In this document: positions 50,658 through 62,700 of the stretch, piece after piece
Position numbering within the stretch: the first letter of the stretch is position 1
How the letters are laid out: each line of letters starts with the position of its first letter
Origin: a virus
DNA: 64,000 nt
Reading direction: 5' to 3' (one strand)
IMG/VR virus record: IMGVR_UViG_3300043410_001708
Location: 32,001 to 96,000 of that record
Program-made: the position numbers and the translations under genes
The notes under the pieces: generated by a model
Seen by the model: only the letters and a program-made list of their open reading frames with translations
What the model was told of the DNA's origin: nothing
Databases searched by the model: none

Positions 50658-52622
50658 TTAGTCAAATACACTGTGTGGAAGATTCCAACATCCGTTTGTA
50701 AATATTAAAGTCAAAACAGCAAATGCTTGATTTCCTCTAAATGGTAACCACCAAGATGCCTGACCTTCATATATGTAACCATTACCATCAGACCAACGTG
50801 CATTTGCAATTGTCATGCTTGTATATTCATTACCAGCAAAAGGACTAGATGGAACAATATACATGATTTGACCTTCAACACCATCAGATAAATGATATTG
50901 ATTCGGTCCGTTACTACTTTGTGGTGTCAATTTATTAACAGAGACAGTTAAATCTAATTCAAATGGATCAGTTTCATTCCATTCTGCACTAGCTGTTCTG
51001 GTGGTTATTGAACCAACATTTGCAACACCTTTGCCACTAAATTCTATAGCCAAATCTGAACCAGAAGAAGGTATCACTACAGTACCGTTGGAATTAAAAT
51101 TCCAATTTTGTGTAAACACATTTAACGTCTGTTCATTTTCAGGACTTGGGTTTTGATATAAAACAACATTCATTGTGTATGCATAATTGGTATTTTCTGC
51201 AATCGTTAATGTTGTATTGCCTGAACCAACTGTTGAACTTGTTGAAGTTCTGGCTTCTGGTACAGTAACATATGTAAAATCACCCCATGATGTTGATTCT
51301 GCACCAAAATAAGTGCCAGACAAATTACCATCTATAGGCAATTGAAATACTGTTGTAATTGCTGCATTGCTTTGTGGAAAACTATAACCTGTTCCAACAA
51401 TAAAATTGCCTCTAATATCTATTTCATGTGGTGTTGGTGTTGATGAGCCAGCACCAAGAATTTGAAGTGCATTGGCCCATGCAATAGAACCATCATCCGC
51501 ATCTATCTTATAAACACAGAAACCATTTTGTTCATTTGATACTTGACCGTGGCCCATTGCATATAGATAACCATTACTATATTTTATGGTTACTATTTCT
51601 GGATTATTTCCAACACCAAGAATTTCTTTTTCCCAAACTAATGAATTATCTGGTTCAAATTTGTAAATGTTTGTGCTTGTTGCTGCATACCAATTGTTTG
51701 ATGAATCATAACTCAAAGAAACTATTGTATCATCATTATCATTTACTTTGTTTGACCACTGATAAACACCTTCTGTATCAAACTTATGCACAAAACCATT
51801 ATCAGAACCAACGTAAATACCACCTCTATTTGGCAACGCAATCACTGCCTCTGCATTTGGAATGTCTGCATTAAAATGTGTGAAATATAATTCACCAGTT
51901 ATATCTAAACCTGTGATTAAGTTGTGACCGCCAACATAGTAAGGAAATTCTTCATCATCAACAACAATACCGTATGAATCAACTGAATCTGAAACTAATG
52001 TGCTCCATACATTTTGACCAAGATAATTAAATTTTGTAACAAGTGTTGAATTGTCATCTGGTATATTTGTCAATAAATACACGTTGTTATTTGCATCAAC
52101 AGCAACACCAGCAGAATAACTATCCAATAAAACACTATCCACATTTGCGGCTGGTACCGATTTTCTCCAGTAAATATTTCCGTATGGATCAAATTTAATA
52201 AGGGTTGATTGTACCAAATTTGTGACGGTATTTGGTGTTGTCATTGAAACTAAAATGTTATTTTCACTATCATAAGCAACACCACTTGGCCATGAATAAC
52301 CATTTTGTGAAAGTGTTTCACCAAATAACATACCCCATGCTTTACGACTATAATGGTCATTAGCAATTTGTACTTCCGTATTGCTATACATTATAGTTTT
52401 ATCAAACAAAATGTTACCTAATGATGCAGTGTTTGCTTTGTTAAAGGCATTTTGTGCTAGATTTTGGTTGGTTTCATAATAAGTATTAGATGTATTAGCA
52501 TTGTTTGAGACTGCGGTATACAGCTCGGTGAAATTACTATTTGTTTTGATAAAGGCGCCTCTTAACGTATCGCCTTTACCATCGTTTGCTCTAATACCAA
52601 TATTGATAGTTTGTTTAGACAT
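50658..52622 (-). CDS. virion structural protein with beta-propeller repeats
   Basis: N-terminal KQTINIG..ANDGKGDTLR.AF.K.N.NFTELY docking motif; repeated KFD..G...W blades. Confidence 0.7.
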   Translation of the reverse strand: MSKQTINIGIRANDGKGDTLRGAFIKTNSNFTELYTAVSNNANTSNTYYETNQNLAQNAFNKANTASLGNILFDKTIMYSNTEVQIANDHYSRKAWGMLFGETLSQNGYSWPSGVAYDSENNILVSMTTPNTVTNLVQSTLIKFDPYGNIYWRKSVPAANVDSVLLDSYSAGVAVDANNNVYLLTNIPDDNSTLVTKFNYLGQNVWSTLVSDSVDSYGIVVDDEEFPYYVGGHNLITGLDITGELYFTHFNADIPNAEAVIALPNRGGIYVGSDNGFVHKFDTEGVYQWSNKVNDNDDTIVSLSYDSSNNWYAATSTNIYKFEPDNSLVWEKEILGVGNNPEIVTIKYSNGYLYAMGHGQVSNEQNGFCVYKIDADDGSIAWANALQILGAGSSTPTPHEIDIRGNFIVGTGYSFPQSNAAITTVFQLPIDGNLSGTYFGAESTSWGDFTYVTVPEARTSTSSTVGSGNTTLTIAENTNYAYTMNVVLYQNPSPENEQTLNVFTQNWNFNSNGTVVIPSSGSDLAIEFSGKGVANVGSITTRTASAEWNETDPFELDLTVSVNKLTPQSSNGPNQYHLSDGVEGQIMYIVPSSPFAGNEYTSMTIANARWSDGNGYIYEGQASWWLPFRGNQAFAVLTLIFTNGCWNLPHSVFD

Positions 52623-52642
52623 TTATTTCTCTCATTTGAAGT

Positions 52643-53662
52643 TTATTGGTTTGCTGCCTTGTTAATTGTCAAGACTTCATTTAATGTGTTATCAGCCATG
52701 GCTTCAACTTTATCAACAGTCATAAAGTCGATATCTGTAGAAACTCTACCAACAGAATCAACTTCAACAAATTTCAATGGGTTCAAGTTATAAGAAGTGA
52801 AGTTATAATTTGCTAAAGTATTAACACCGTATATAGGTTTATCGGACACAAAGTTTCCTGTTAGTTGTTTTAATCTTAGAATGTTGTCTGTGAATTGGAC
52901 AACAATACCTGTTGCTGTTGTATCATCTGATGTATATCCCTGATATACCGTTTCACCAACTTTATAGGTACCAAATCCGGAATCTAAATTCAAATAAAAT
53001 TCGACAATATCTGTGTCTGTTATCAAATTGTAAACAGAAACAAATGCACGATTGATAACACCAGTTTCGGTTGTTTTTCCAAAAACAAAACCTTTGACTG
53101 TAAAATTCAAAGTCCAGATTATCATTCTGGTTTCTTTTTCTCTACCACCTTCATATGTTATTTCATGTGAAGTTGAATTTAAAATAACAGGTATTTCTTT
53201 AATGATACCCATTTCAGGAATTAAATTTAATTTAATTGTATAATCTGGTGTAAAATATGGTAATATGTGCTCAATGATTTGTGTACCATCTTCGATGTTT
53301 CTTACATAAATGTATAAATTGAAATCAAAATTGTATGGTACAGGATTATATTGTGCAATAACTCCAGTTGCTACATTTGTTCCTGCAAAATTTTTGATAT
53401 TTGTATTTTGTTTTCTGCTAGAATCATATGTCAATCCTGCCATTTCAAATGACATTCTTGGTAAAGTTGTTTGAACTTTTTTATCTAAATTCAAATCTTC
53501 TTCTAAACGCATAACATATCGTTCTTTGCTTGCATATGCAATAGGAACAATAAATCTTTCAGATTCAGTATTGTCTGGTTTGAATCGATATAGTGTTATG
53601 TTGTCAAAAAGATTGCCAAATCCAACAACTAATTTTCTGATGACACGGTTATATGTTGACAT
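52643..53662 (-). CDS. 15: tail sheath stabilizer gp15
   Basis: FGNLF, VPIAY, TLPRMSFE, QIIEHILPYF. Confidence 0.93.
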   Translation of the reverse strand: MSTYNRVIRKLVVGFGNLFDNITLYRFKPDNTESERFIVPIAYASKERYVMRLEEDLNLDKKVQTTLPRMSFEMAGLTYDSSRKQNTNIKNFAGTNVATGVIAQYNPVPYNFDFNLYIYVRNIEDGTQIIEHILPYFTPDYTIKLNLIPEMGIIKEIPVILNSTSHEITYEGGREKETRMIIWTLNFTVKGFVFGKTTETGVINRAFVSVYNLITDTDIVEFYLNLDSGFGTYKVGETVYQGYTSDDTTATGIVVQFTDNILRLKQLTGNFVSDKPIYGVNTLANYNFTSYNLNPLKFVEVDSVGRVSTDIDFMTVDKVEAMADNTLNEVLTINKAANQ

Positions 53663-54543
53663 TATATTTTTCCAAACGGATTAATTTCTGTAAAATCTAT
53701 AATATTATCAGCCGAGTCGGACAAATATTCATTGTCATAAGCTTCATTCATGGTACTATCTTTTAATGGAATGTAAGATGACAAATAATAAGATGCATTA
53801 CTTGTTGCACCAATGATTGCAACATTGTCCACAAATTCACCAGCAACATTTGTTACTTTCAATATGTCGTCAACTGTATTCCAAGATTGTACCATTGCAA
53901 CGACAGTAGCATTTGCTTCTGTACCATCAGGTGATTGAAATACAATTTCTCTGGCTTCATATGTTCCTGTACCAATACCTGTGTTCAAATCAATTGTATA
54001 ACTTGATTGAATCATTACATCATCAATATCTTCCACACCAGTATCGATAACTTCTTGTGAGTACTTGAATTTCTCTAGTTCCAATTCATAGAAATAAGGA
54101 ATCTTTCTACCCAACATAAAGAAGTCTTTGGTCTGGTTTGTGAATTTAATCTCAAACAATTCACCAGTACCATTTAAGAATGGCACATAGACCAAATCAC
54201 CTTCTCTTGGTCTATTGAATTTATCTTGTGGTACTCTTTGTGAGAAAGAACGTTTCGACAAAATGATGTTGACATTATTTTTAATCTCAAGTCCAAACTT
54301 TGAGAAGAATTCTCTTTCACCACCATACTCCATTGAACTGGATAGGTAAAATTCAATTGGAAATGCTGAACTGAATTTCTTAATTGGATCTTCACCGTAA
54401 AGAATGTCTCTATCTTCTTCGTTTTCAATAGGTAAATAATAGGCATCAAAGCCCATAATCTTAATTGATTCAACAATTAAGTCCTCAATTACTCTCTGCT
54501 CAGCAAGAGAGTTATAATTGTTGAAGTAGACACTGGTTGCCAT
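53662..54543 (-). CDS. 14: neck protein gp14
   Basis: ESIKIMG, SKFGLEI, RPREGDLVY. Confidence 0.93.
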   Translation of the reverse strand: MATSVYFNNYNSLAEQRVIEDLIVESIKIMGFDAYYLPIENEEDRDILYGEDPIKKFSSAFPIEFYLSSSMEYGGEREFFSKFGLEIKNNVNIILSKRSFSQRVPQDKFNRPREGDLVYVPFLNGTGELFEIKFTNQTKDFFMLGRKIPYFYELELEKFKYSQEVIDTGVEDIDDVMIQSSYTIDLNTGIGTGTYEAREIVFQSPDGTEANATVVAMVQSWNTVDDILKVTNVAGEFVDNVAIIGATSNASYYLSSYIPLKDSTMNEAYDNEYLSDSADNIIDFTEINPFGKI

Positions 54544-54544
54544 A

Positions 54545-55321
54545 TTAGTTCATAAACATTTCTAGTGGTGCACCGTACTTGTCACCGATTTCTGCGTGAA
54601 GTGCATCAATTTCTTCTTTTGCTTCGGCATAAATTTTATCACCATTCAACATAACACCACCAGGTAATTGAATGCCACTAAACTTTTTAAGGTTGTTGCC
54701 CCAAGAACGTTTAATAAGTGCTGTCGCATATTCTTTTAACCAACGGTCATTCCAAGCCTGTGTATAAACATCCGGATCAATCACCGCATAACATTCTGCA
54801 ATAACTGTTGTACCAACTGGTGCTTCGCTGTGACCCCAAGCCCAATCAATATACAGTCTTTGCATGTGTCTTTGGAATCTAATAGGCACTTCACCAGAGA
54901 ATAATTGTTCCAACATACGCAAATGTTGTAATGTCATGGTATAATTGATGTATGATGCAGATGTAAAATCATACAATTCATTTAAACGTAGTTGATATCT
55001 CAAATCAAACATATTGACTTGAGATTGTGAATCAGAAATAGGAAATATTCTGGTAATACCAGCAATTTGTAATGCGTTGTTTGATGAATCTACTGCTTCT
55101 GATAGGTCCAAATATCTATTATCAACGTCCGTTTGGTCTAATTTTTTGATGTAATATACTTTTTGTAGGCCATCAAAATGATAATCTTGCCAGTATTGTA
55201 GTGCATCATCAATACGGTCTTCTACCTGGTCGTCATCAACGTTGATTTCGATTACTGGAAATCCTAGTCTACGCAGGCAATATTCTTTGAATGCCGTTCT
55301 TGTTGTGATTGTTTGCGCCAT
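54545..55321 (-). CDS. 13: neck protein gp13
   Basis: YCLRRLG.PVIEINV, WLKEYATALIK, LPGGV.LNG. Confidence 0.95.
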   Translation of the reverse strand: MAQTITTRTAFKEYCLRRLGFPVIEINVDDDQVEDRIDDALQYWQDYHFDGLQKVYYIKKLDQTDVDNRYLDLSEAVDSSNNALQIAGITRIFPISDSQSQVNMFDLRYQLRLNELYDFTSASYINYTMTLQHLRMLEQLFSGEVPIRFQRHMQRLYIDWAWGHSEAPVGTTVIAECYAVIDPDVYTQAWNDRWLKEYATALIKRSWGNNLKKFSGIQLPGGVMLNGDKIYAEAKEEIDALHAEIGDKYGAPLEMFMN

Positions 55322-55342
55322 TATATCCCCCTATAGGGATAT

Positions 55343-55756
55343 TTATGCTTCTGATTCCGTTGGCTCTACGTATTCTACCCAAGAAAGTGTTTCTTCATTC
55401 CAGGTCCAGTAACCTTCTAATGGATATGGTACTGGTGGTATCAAATCGTGATTAATTTCATCTACTGTCCATGATGGATAAGGATTTGATGCAATCAAAG
55501 CATCTATCATTTCCTTTCTTTTTTCGTCTGAAATTTTATTGACAGTCCATACATCATAACAAATACCATCAATTATTTTATATTCGGGTCCTTCAACCAC
55601 TTCATCCCATTTAATAACTGGTTGTTCCACACGAACAAACTTACAATAATCTGGTGAATTGTCTAAGTCTATTTCAGGATAAACCATTTTCAAATTTGAT
55701 TCAAACAAAGGATGATTTTTTGGTTCACCATTTTCAAGTTGTATGTATAAATTCAT
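55343..55756 (-). CDS. putative tail-fibre-associated protein
   Basis: PYPSW..PPVPYP..WNEETLSW motif; follows the Gly-rich fibre gene. Confidence 0.6.
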   Translation of the reverse strand: MNLYIQLENGEPKNHPLFESNLKMVYPEIDLDNSPDYCKFVRVEQPVIKWDEVVEGPEYKIIDGICYDVWTVNKISDEKRKEMIDALIASNPYPSWTVDEINHDLIPPVPYPLEGYWTWNEETLSWVEYVEPTESEA

Positions 55757-55773
55757 TTCATTAACTCCTCAAA

Positions 55774-57843
55774 TTAAACATCTACAGTTGGTCCAGGATA
55801 AGTTGCTCTACCCCATGTAATTCTAACTGCACCAGGACCACCATTGCTTCTTCCTGCTGTATATGATCCTGCACCGCCACCACCGCCACCATAAGTTCCT
55901 CCTGTGCCGGTTGAGTTTGGTGCTGAACCATCTGTACCACCGCTGCCGCCAAAACCTTGAGCAGTAACTGTTGGACCAGCCGTATTAGTGAAGTTGTCTA
56001 TATTTGGATCTTTACCCCAACCAAAAAGACCAACGCCGCCGCCACCTGCACCAACACCTAAAGCGGTTGCACCACTATTTGCACCACTCGCACCTGATCC
56101 TGGAAAAGCAGTTAAACCACCAGTTGCGGGATAGGCTCCGTTTGCCGCACTACCGCTTGTGTTCGATGCATTTGCCCCGTTACCACCATAACCTGCAGCA
56201 CCGCCGCCACCTTGGCCTCGACCGGTAGTTGCAGTTGTTCCTTGGCCACCTGTTCCACCACTATATGATGCGCTTCCTAAATTTGTACCAGGAACACTTG
56301 CGGTTCCACCAGAACTTGCTGAAGCTGCTGTACCACTATTTGTTCCGCCTGTGGCGCTCATCAATAGTTGTGTGCCTGTTATTGTTATTGGACTGGTTAT
56401 TGAACCTACTGTTTGAGAGGTACCGACCGTGTATGTTCCAACTTTACCATATTCACCTGTTTGAAATGCATTTATAGTTGTTGAAGTTACGCCAGAACCA
56501 GTTATAGTTAGTCCTGTTGTTATTCGTCCTGAAGTAACTTCTGTTATATGTAAACTAGTTCCTGAAATGAATCCTTTGAAAGAAACATTTCGTGTTATGC
56601 TACTAGTTCCACCGTTTGTCCATAAGTTTACACCTGTTGAAGCGCCAGCAGCACCCGCCACTACAGTAAATGTTTCACCGGGAACACATTCAAATCCTGC
56701 CCAACACAATCCTGCTCCGCCACCTCCAGTTTTTCCTGTTGTTGAATTGCTTTGTAAACCTGGTCCACCGCCACCAATACAGACTGCGGAAAAGTTATAT
56801 ATTCCGGCCGGCACAACCCATGAATAAGAACCTGCTGTTGTATAGCTTTGTTGACTTGTAGCTACTGAGGTATCGGTTGTATCAACGTTACCTGCTCCAT
56901 ATGAAGGAAATTGTCTACCGTCTCCCCATATTATTCTTACGCATCCTCTTGCACCAAATCCAGCAGCAGTGCCTGGGTTACCACTGCAACCACCTCCACC
57001 ACCTCCACCAAATAGTCCTCCATGACATCCATTACCTCCAGCAGCCCATTGATTGGGTATGCGAACTAGAATAGACAAATAAGAAGCGGATGGTAAACCA
57101 CTAGAACCACCAACACCAGATTGCCTAGCCCCTGTTGCTGCTGTGCTGTTGCTACCTTGGCCCCAAGGTCCTGTTCCTCCTCCGCCGCCGCTAGGACCGC
57201 TAATTGATCCTACACCTCCGCTACCTCCACCAGTTGTTTCTGCTGTACTTGTGCCTGTGTTGTTGACTCCATTTGATCCTAAGTTGGAACCACCATTACC
57301 ATATCCACCTGCTCCACCGCCACCACTACTTCTTTCACTTGATGTAGCTGAGGTTGTTGTAGAAAAACCTCCAAAACCAACATCGGCCGAAAATCGTCCA
57401 ACAATATTATACCAAGAATTTGTAGTAACACCCCAACTGTAGGTGCCATTTTTACCACTGGTTGCACTGACACCAATGACTCCGCCACCACCGCCTGGAG
57501 CACTTAACATTCTTACACCATTTTGTAAAATATATGATTCTCCACCAGCACCACCAGTTTGACCTGTAGCTTGGCCGCCGGAACCTCCACCGCCAACCAC
57601 AATTGTTAGTATTTCTCCAGGTGTAACAGACATGACGTTACCATAAATTAAATCGCCACCAGAACCACCCGTTGATGGTGCTGTTGTAGAAGATGCGCCG
57701 CCGCCACCGCCGCCAATACAAACTGCTGAAATTGCAAAAACACCTCTAGGTACTATCCAAGAAAATGATCCGGAATTAGAAGTCCATTCTGCTTGACCGG
57801 GTGGTGCTTTGTACTTATCAGCTTTAATTAAACTAATAGACAT
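55774..57843 (-). CDS. glycine-rich fibre/virion protein with two repeated domains
   Basis: two 'SW.VP.G...SAVCIGGGG...VRI.WG' modules. Confidence 0.75.
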   Translation of the reverse strand: MSISLIKADKYKAPPGQAEWTSNSGSFSWIVPRGVFAISAVCIGGGGGGASSTTAPSTGGSGGDLIYGNVMSVTPGEILTIVVGGGGSGGQATGQTGGAGGESYILQNGVRMLSAPGGGGGVIGVSATSGKNGTYSWGVTTNSWYNIVGRFSADVGFGGFSTTTSATSSERSSGGGGAGGYGNGGSNLGSNGVNNTGTSTAETTGGGSGGVGSISGPSGGGGGTGPWGQGSNSTAATGARQSGVGGSSGLPSASYLSILVRIPNQWAAGGNGCHGGLFGGGGGGGCSGNPGTAAGFGARGCVRIIWGDGRQFPSYGAGNVDTTDTSVATSQQSYTTAGSYSWVVPAGIYNFSAVCIGGGGPGLQSNSTTGKTGGGGAGLCWAGFECVPGETFTVVAGAAGASTGVNLWTNGGTSSITRNVSFKGFISGTSLHITEVTSGRITTGLTITGSGVTSTTINAFQTGEYGKVGTYTVGTSQTVGSITSPITITGTQLLMSATGGTNSGTAASASSGGTASVPGTNLGSASYSGGTGGQGTTATTGRGQGGGGAAGYGGNGANASNTSGSAANGAYPATGGLTAFPGSGASGANSGATALGVGAGGGGVGLFGWGKDPNIDNFTNTAGPTVTAQGFGGSGGTDGSAPNSTGTGGTYGGGGGGAGSYTAGRSNGGPGAVRITWGRATYPGPTVDV

Positions 57844-57845
57844 AA

Positions 57846-59771
57846 TTAATCATTATAATAAAAAACAACTTTCAATCCTTTTGCACCAGTACCAGCAGAA
57901 AGAATATCAACGGTGATTTCAGCATCATCAGATACCGCTGTTGTTACTAATGTTGTTGCTGTTACAGCAGTTGTGCTGGTTTTTTCTGTTGCATCTATTG
58001 TTAATTTATTTGTACCAAGAATTGTTGTACCTGACAATTTTATATCAACGTTAACTAAACCTGATGTTGATGCAACATTGAGTGTTGCTCTTGGTATAGA
58101 AGTTAATGTCAATGCAGAAGGTGCTCTGAATGATGCTCTAGCGGAACCAACTGTTAAATTTGTTGATTCATCAACAACAGAAAGAATCAACATCTCAGAA
58201 TTTGCTTTTGAGAATGCTGCGTTAGCTTGTGCTCTTGCCCATGTATCTGTACCACCACCAGAACCTGCGTTGGCTGTGTATTGTGTGGTACCATCAGCAA
58301 ATGTTAATCCGTTGGCGGTTGAACCCGTTATCCTTATCATACCTGAATAAACGTTACCAACAACACCCAAACCACCAGTAATTTGTACAGCACCACTTGT
58401 GTTTGAAACAGCAGTGTTTGCACTTGTTACTACCAAATTTCCTGTTATTACAGTATTACCTGTAACTGTTCCACCAACGTTTGCACTTAAAGAATTATTT
58501 GCTCTGGTGTAGGCCGCATTTGCTTGTACAAAAGCCGCATTTGATTGTGCTCTAGCAAATGTATCCGGTACGTTGGCTGTGTATTGTGTGGTACCATCAG
58601 CAAATGTTAATCCATTCGCAGTTGAACCGGTTATTACAATTAAACCTGAATATAAATTACCAACAACACCTAAACCACCAGTAATTGTCAATGCACCGCT
58701 TGTATTTGATATGGCCGTGGTTGTATTTGTAACCACCAAGTTGCCGGTAATTACTGTATTGCCTGTTATGGTACCACCAGATTTTGGTAATGCATTGTTG
58801 GCTGTAGTAAAAGCACCATTGGCAAATGATGCTGCTGAGTTGGCAGTTAGAAAGGCACCATTAGCAAAACTTGCTGCTGAATTTGCTGTAGAATAAGCTG
58901 CGTTGGAATTATTTCTTACCCAAGAATCGGTAGCATTATTAGCAGTATTGTAGGCCGCATTGGCTCTATCGAAAGCACCGTTTGCAGTATCTCTAGCCCA
59001 CGAATCGGATACTGAACCTCCACCACTATTTGCGGTATTGTATGCTGCATTAGCACGGTCAAAAGCTGAATTGGCAAAATTTTGAGCTAATGTGATATTT
59101 GTATTTTGCGTTAAGTCAACACCTTGAATAGTTATGGTATTAGACGATGCACTATTGGCCATCAAAAAAGCACCATTAGCAAAATCAGCTGCTGAGTTGG
59201 CTGTTATAAAGGCACTATTAGCAAATGATTGTGCTGATGCAATATTAGTGTTCTGTGTCGAATCAACACCTTGAGTAACTACTGTATTTGATGAAGCACT
59301 ATTAGCCACCAAGAAGGCGCCATTGGCAAATAAACCTGCTGAGTTTGCAGTATCATAAGCATTATTGGCCTGTGTTCTTACCCATGAATCGGTAGCATTA
59401 TTAGCGGTATTATAAGCCGCATTAGCTCTATCAAAAGCACCATTTGCAAATAAACCTGCTGAGTTTGCAGTGTCATAGGCATTGTTTGCTTGTGTTCTTA
59501 CCCATGAATCGGTAGCATTATTAGCTGTGTTGTATGCTGCATTTGCTCTATCAAAAGCACCGTTAGCAAAAGAGGCTGCTGAATTTGCAGTAATGAATGC
59601 TGCATTAGATGTATCTCTAGCCCATGAGTCTGCACCGCCACCAGTATTTGCTTGTGAAAAAGCAGCATTAGCCTGTGCAAACGCAGCATTAGCCTTTGCG
59701 TATGCAGAAGGTACCAAAGAAGAAAAATCTTTAGTTGAATCTAGTCTTGATGGAGGTACTTGTGTTGACAT
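57846..59771 (-). CDS. Ala/Asn-repeat coiled-coil fibre protein
   Basis: ANSA..FANGAF..AN repeats; 120-bp tandem duplication. Confidence 0.75.
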   Translation of the reverse strand: MSTQVPPSRLDSTKDFSSLVPSAYAKANAAFAQANAAFSQANTGGGADSWARDTSNAAFITANSAASFANGAFDRANAAYNTANNATDSWVRTQANNAYDTANSAGLFANGAFDRANAAYNTANNATDSWVRTQANNAYDTANSAGLFANGAFLVANSASSNTVVTQGVDSTQNTNIASAQSFANSAFITANSAADFANGAFLMANSASSNTITIQGVDLTQNTNITLAQNFANSAFDRANAAYNTANSGGGSVSDSWARDTANGAFDRANAAYNTANNATDSWVRNNSNAAYSTANSAASFANGAFLTANSAASFANGAFTTANNALPKSGGTITGNTVITGNLVVTNTTTAISNTSGALTITGGLGVVGNLYSGLIVITGSTANGLTFADGTTQYTANVPDTFARAQSNAAFVQANAAYTRANNSLSANVGGTVTGNTVITGNLVVTSANTAVSNTSGAVQITGGLGVVGNVYSGMIRITGSTANGLTFADGTTQYTANAGSGGGTDTWARAQANAAFSKANSEMLILSVVDESTNLTVGSARASFRAPSALTLTSIPRATLNVASTSGLVNVDIKLSGTTILGTNKLTIDATEKTSTTAVTATTLVTTAVSDDAEITVDILSAGTGAKGLKVVFYYND

Positions 59772-59794
59772 TAATTATAGCCTTTTTATACTAT

Positions 59795-62700
59795 TTATTT
59801 GATATCATATGGCGTTGTCGGTACACTTATGGTTCTCGCATATCCGTTTGTCACTCTTAAATCTGCAATGTAACCAATAATTCCATAACCGGCAGTTTGA
59901 TTATCTTTTGAACCGCCTGCGTAAATTGAACCACTTGTGATATTACCTACTTGTACGCCAGAAACAGTAGCAGTTCCTCCAGCATTACCATTGACATAGA
60001 ATGTCACAGTTGAACCACTACGTACCCAAGCAACATGTGTCCATTGATTATGAGTTATTGTTGTTGTTCCGTAATAACTTGTGCCGTTATAATATTCCAT
60101 TCTGTAAGAACCTGACACGGGACTTGCTAAAGGTGATAATTTGAACACCATTGGATTAGCTGTACCACCAGCCTGTCTACTATCCCAAATACCCCAATGT
60201 GTCACAGTTGCATCCGATGGATACACCCAACATTCAAATGTAAAATCTCCACTAAATTTTACAAGACTTGGTTGTGGTCTTATACCAAGGTAGTCACCTT
60301 TTGCTGGAAAATATGCAGAGGTAAATCTTGATGTATTATTGGCTGCAAAAGGTTGTATTGTAGAAATTCTTGCATCGCCCGCTTTAGTAATAGTAAATGC
60401 GTTGGTCGACTTGTCAACAAAACTATTTGATTGGCAGGTCAATAGACTGGTGCCAGAAATTGCTGTGAGTGGTGAAGTTGGTGGAGTTGTATTTGCAGTG
60501 TATAATGCGGTGCCTTTTAATAATCTATAGTTACTCATGTATCCAGTAAAAAATTCACTATTATTATGTGCTGCCATACCAATTGTAACAGTGGCCGTTG
60601 CAGGAGAAATACTACTAGAATCAGTAAATGTACTACCAAGTCTATTGCCATTTACATAAAATGTACAAGTAGATCCATTTCTAACTAATGCAATATGATT
60701 CCAAGCATTTTGTGTAAGCCCGGTTGTTGTGATTAAACGTTGTGTACCATTAGTATAAATTTCAATACCAGTAGTTGCTGCGGATCTAATCAATAATCCT
60801 GTTAAATAGGTACCAATGTTCAAAATATTATTAGTATTAATTGAACCTAGTGCAGTTGGATATATCCAAGTTTCGAATGTATAATCTCCAGTTCCTAGTT
60901 GAAAAGCAGTATTTGAAGCAACGGTTAAATAATCCCCAGTACCATCAAAGTAACCACTGTATGTATCATAGTATGGAGAATTATTGGCCACTGCTACAGC
61001 AGTGTTTCCATTTTCAATGTTATTGATTCTTGTTACATCTGTTATAGGTGATCCACCTAATGTGCTACCTAACAATAGTGTGGTATTTGCTATTGAAGTT
61101 AATGTTTTAGTTGGTGGTGTAAAACTTGTATTTGAACTATAAAGTGCTGTACCATTAAGTACTCTAACACTATTCATATATCCAGTAAAATAATCGTTTG
61201 GTGTATTATTATAATATCCAACTCTTGGTGCTGATTGCATTATGGATGATGTGTAACTTGTAAATACCACATCAACCACACCATTTAAAAATACTCTAAG
61301 TGTATTACTTGCATCTCTAGTTACTGCAACGTGATTCCATTGATATGGTACTATTGTTGTTGCTCCAGTAATATTACCTGCTGTTCCGTGTGATACTGTT
61401 AGTTTATTAGCGGTAGATATGTTAATGGTCCATCTGTTGGCATCAGATGTTGTATATTGAGAGTAAAATATTTGTGCAGTTGCACCGTTAATTTTTGTAG
61501 TATAAAACCATGCTTCAAATGTAAATTGACCTGTAGCTGATATTGGTATACCAGAAACACTTAAAAAATCCGCAGTAGTGGTACCACCAAAATATATACT
61601 GCTTCCAAATGTGTTTGCTGAATAATCCGAAACAGCGCTTGGATTTGTTATTGTGAATGAACTAAAAGGACTAAATTTTGAAATGGCAGAATCGCCATTT
61701 CTAGTAATTGTAAGTGCATTATTTGAGTTGTCTATGAATTGATTTGATTGACAAGTCAATAATACTGTGTTAGCCACTGCTGTAAGTGGTGTAATAGAAG
61801 GTGTTGTATTTGATGTATATAATCCAGTACCATTAGTAATACGTAAATTTGAAATAAACATATTTTGTGGCGAAAGGCCTGCATAATCTGCTGCTATACC
61901 CAAATTTGTACCTGAAGCTGCTGCCAAAGTAACACTAATTGAGGCTGAGGTATTTAATACTCCATTAATATATAATGATAATGTGTTACCGGATCTAACT
62001 GCGGCCACATGAGTCCAAGTATTAAGTGCATATGCATTTGAACTACTAGTAAGATTAGTAGTGGAACCTGCGCCCGTACCATAATAACGAAAAACAATAC
62101 TAAATGTTCCGCCGACACCACCTCTCAACGACCATGATGAATTTGAACTTGAGGGTAAACTTTCTCTATAGATACCAACAATTGGGCTAAGAGTCAATTC
62201 AGCTATAGGATATATCCAGCATTCAACTGTGAAATCATTGGAACCAAAAAGAAATTGATTAAATGGTACAGTTAAATAATCTCCAGTACCATCAAAGTAA
62301 TTACTCCATGAAGTGCCAAATGGTGTGAATGATCCTGTACTTGGAATTCCGTTTTTTGTAATTATGTTATTAAAGTTACTTTCATCAATAAATGATTTTG
62401 TATTTGAAGAAAGGGATGTTTGTGTTGTCAACAACACTGTATTGGCCACAGGTGTCAATGGTGACCAAGAAGGAACAAAAGCAGATGTATATAATGCGGT
62501 GCCTTTTGTTATACGAACATTAGAAATGTAACCAGTAAGATAGTTTGCTCCAGGATTGTTTGCTCCAATTGTCAATGGTCTTGTATTATTACCCATTGTA
62601 ACGGTGATAGCGGTCGGCCCAACAACTAAAGCACCATTTAAATAAATTGATAAATTGTTTCCATTGCGAACCATAGCAACATGGTTCCATGTATTAAGTG

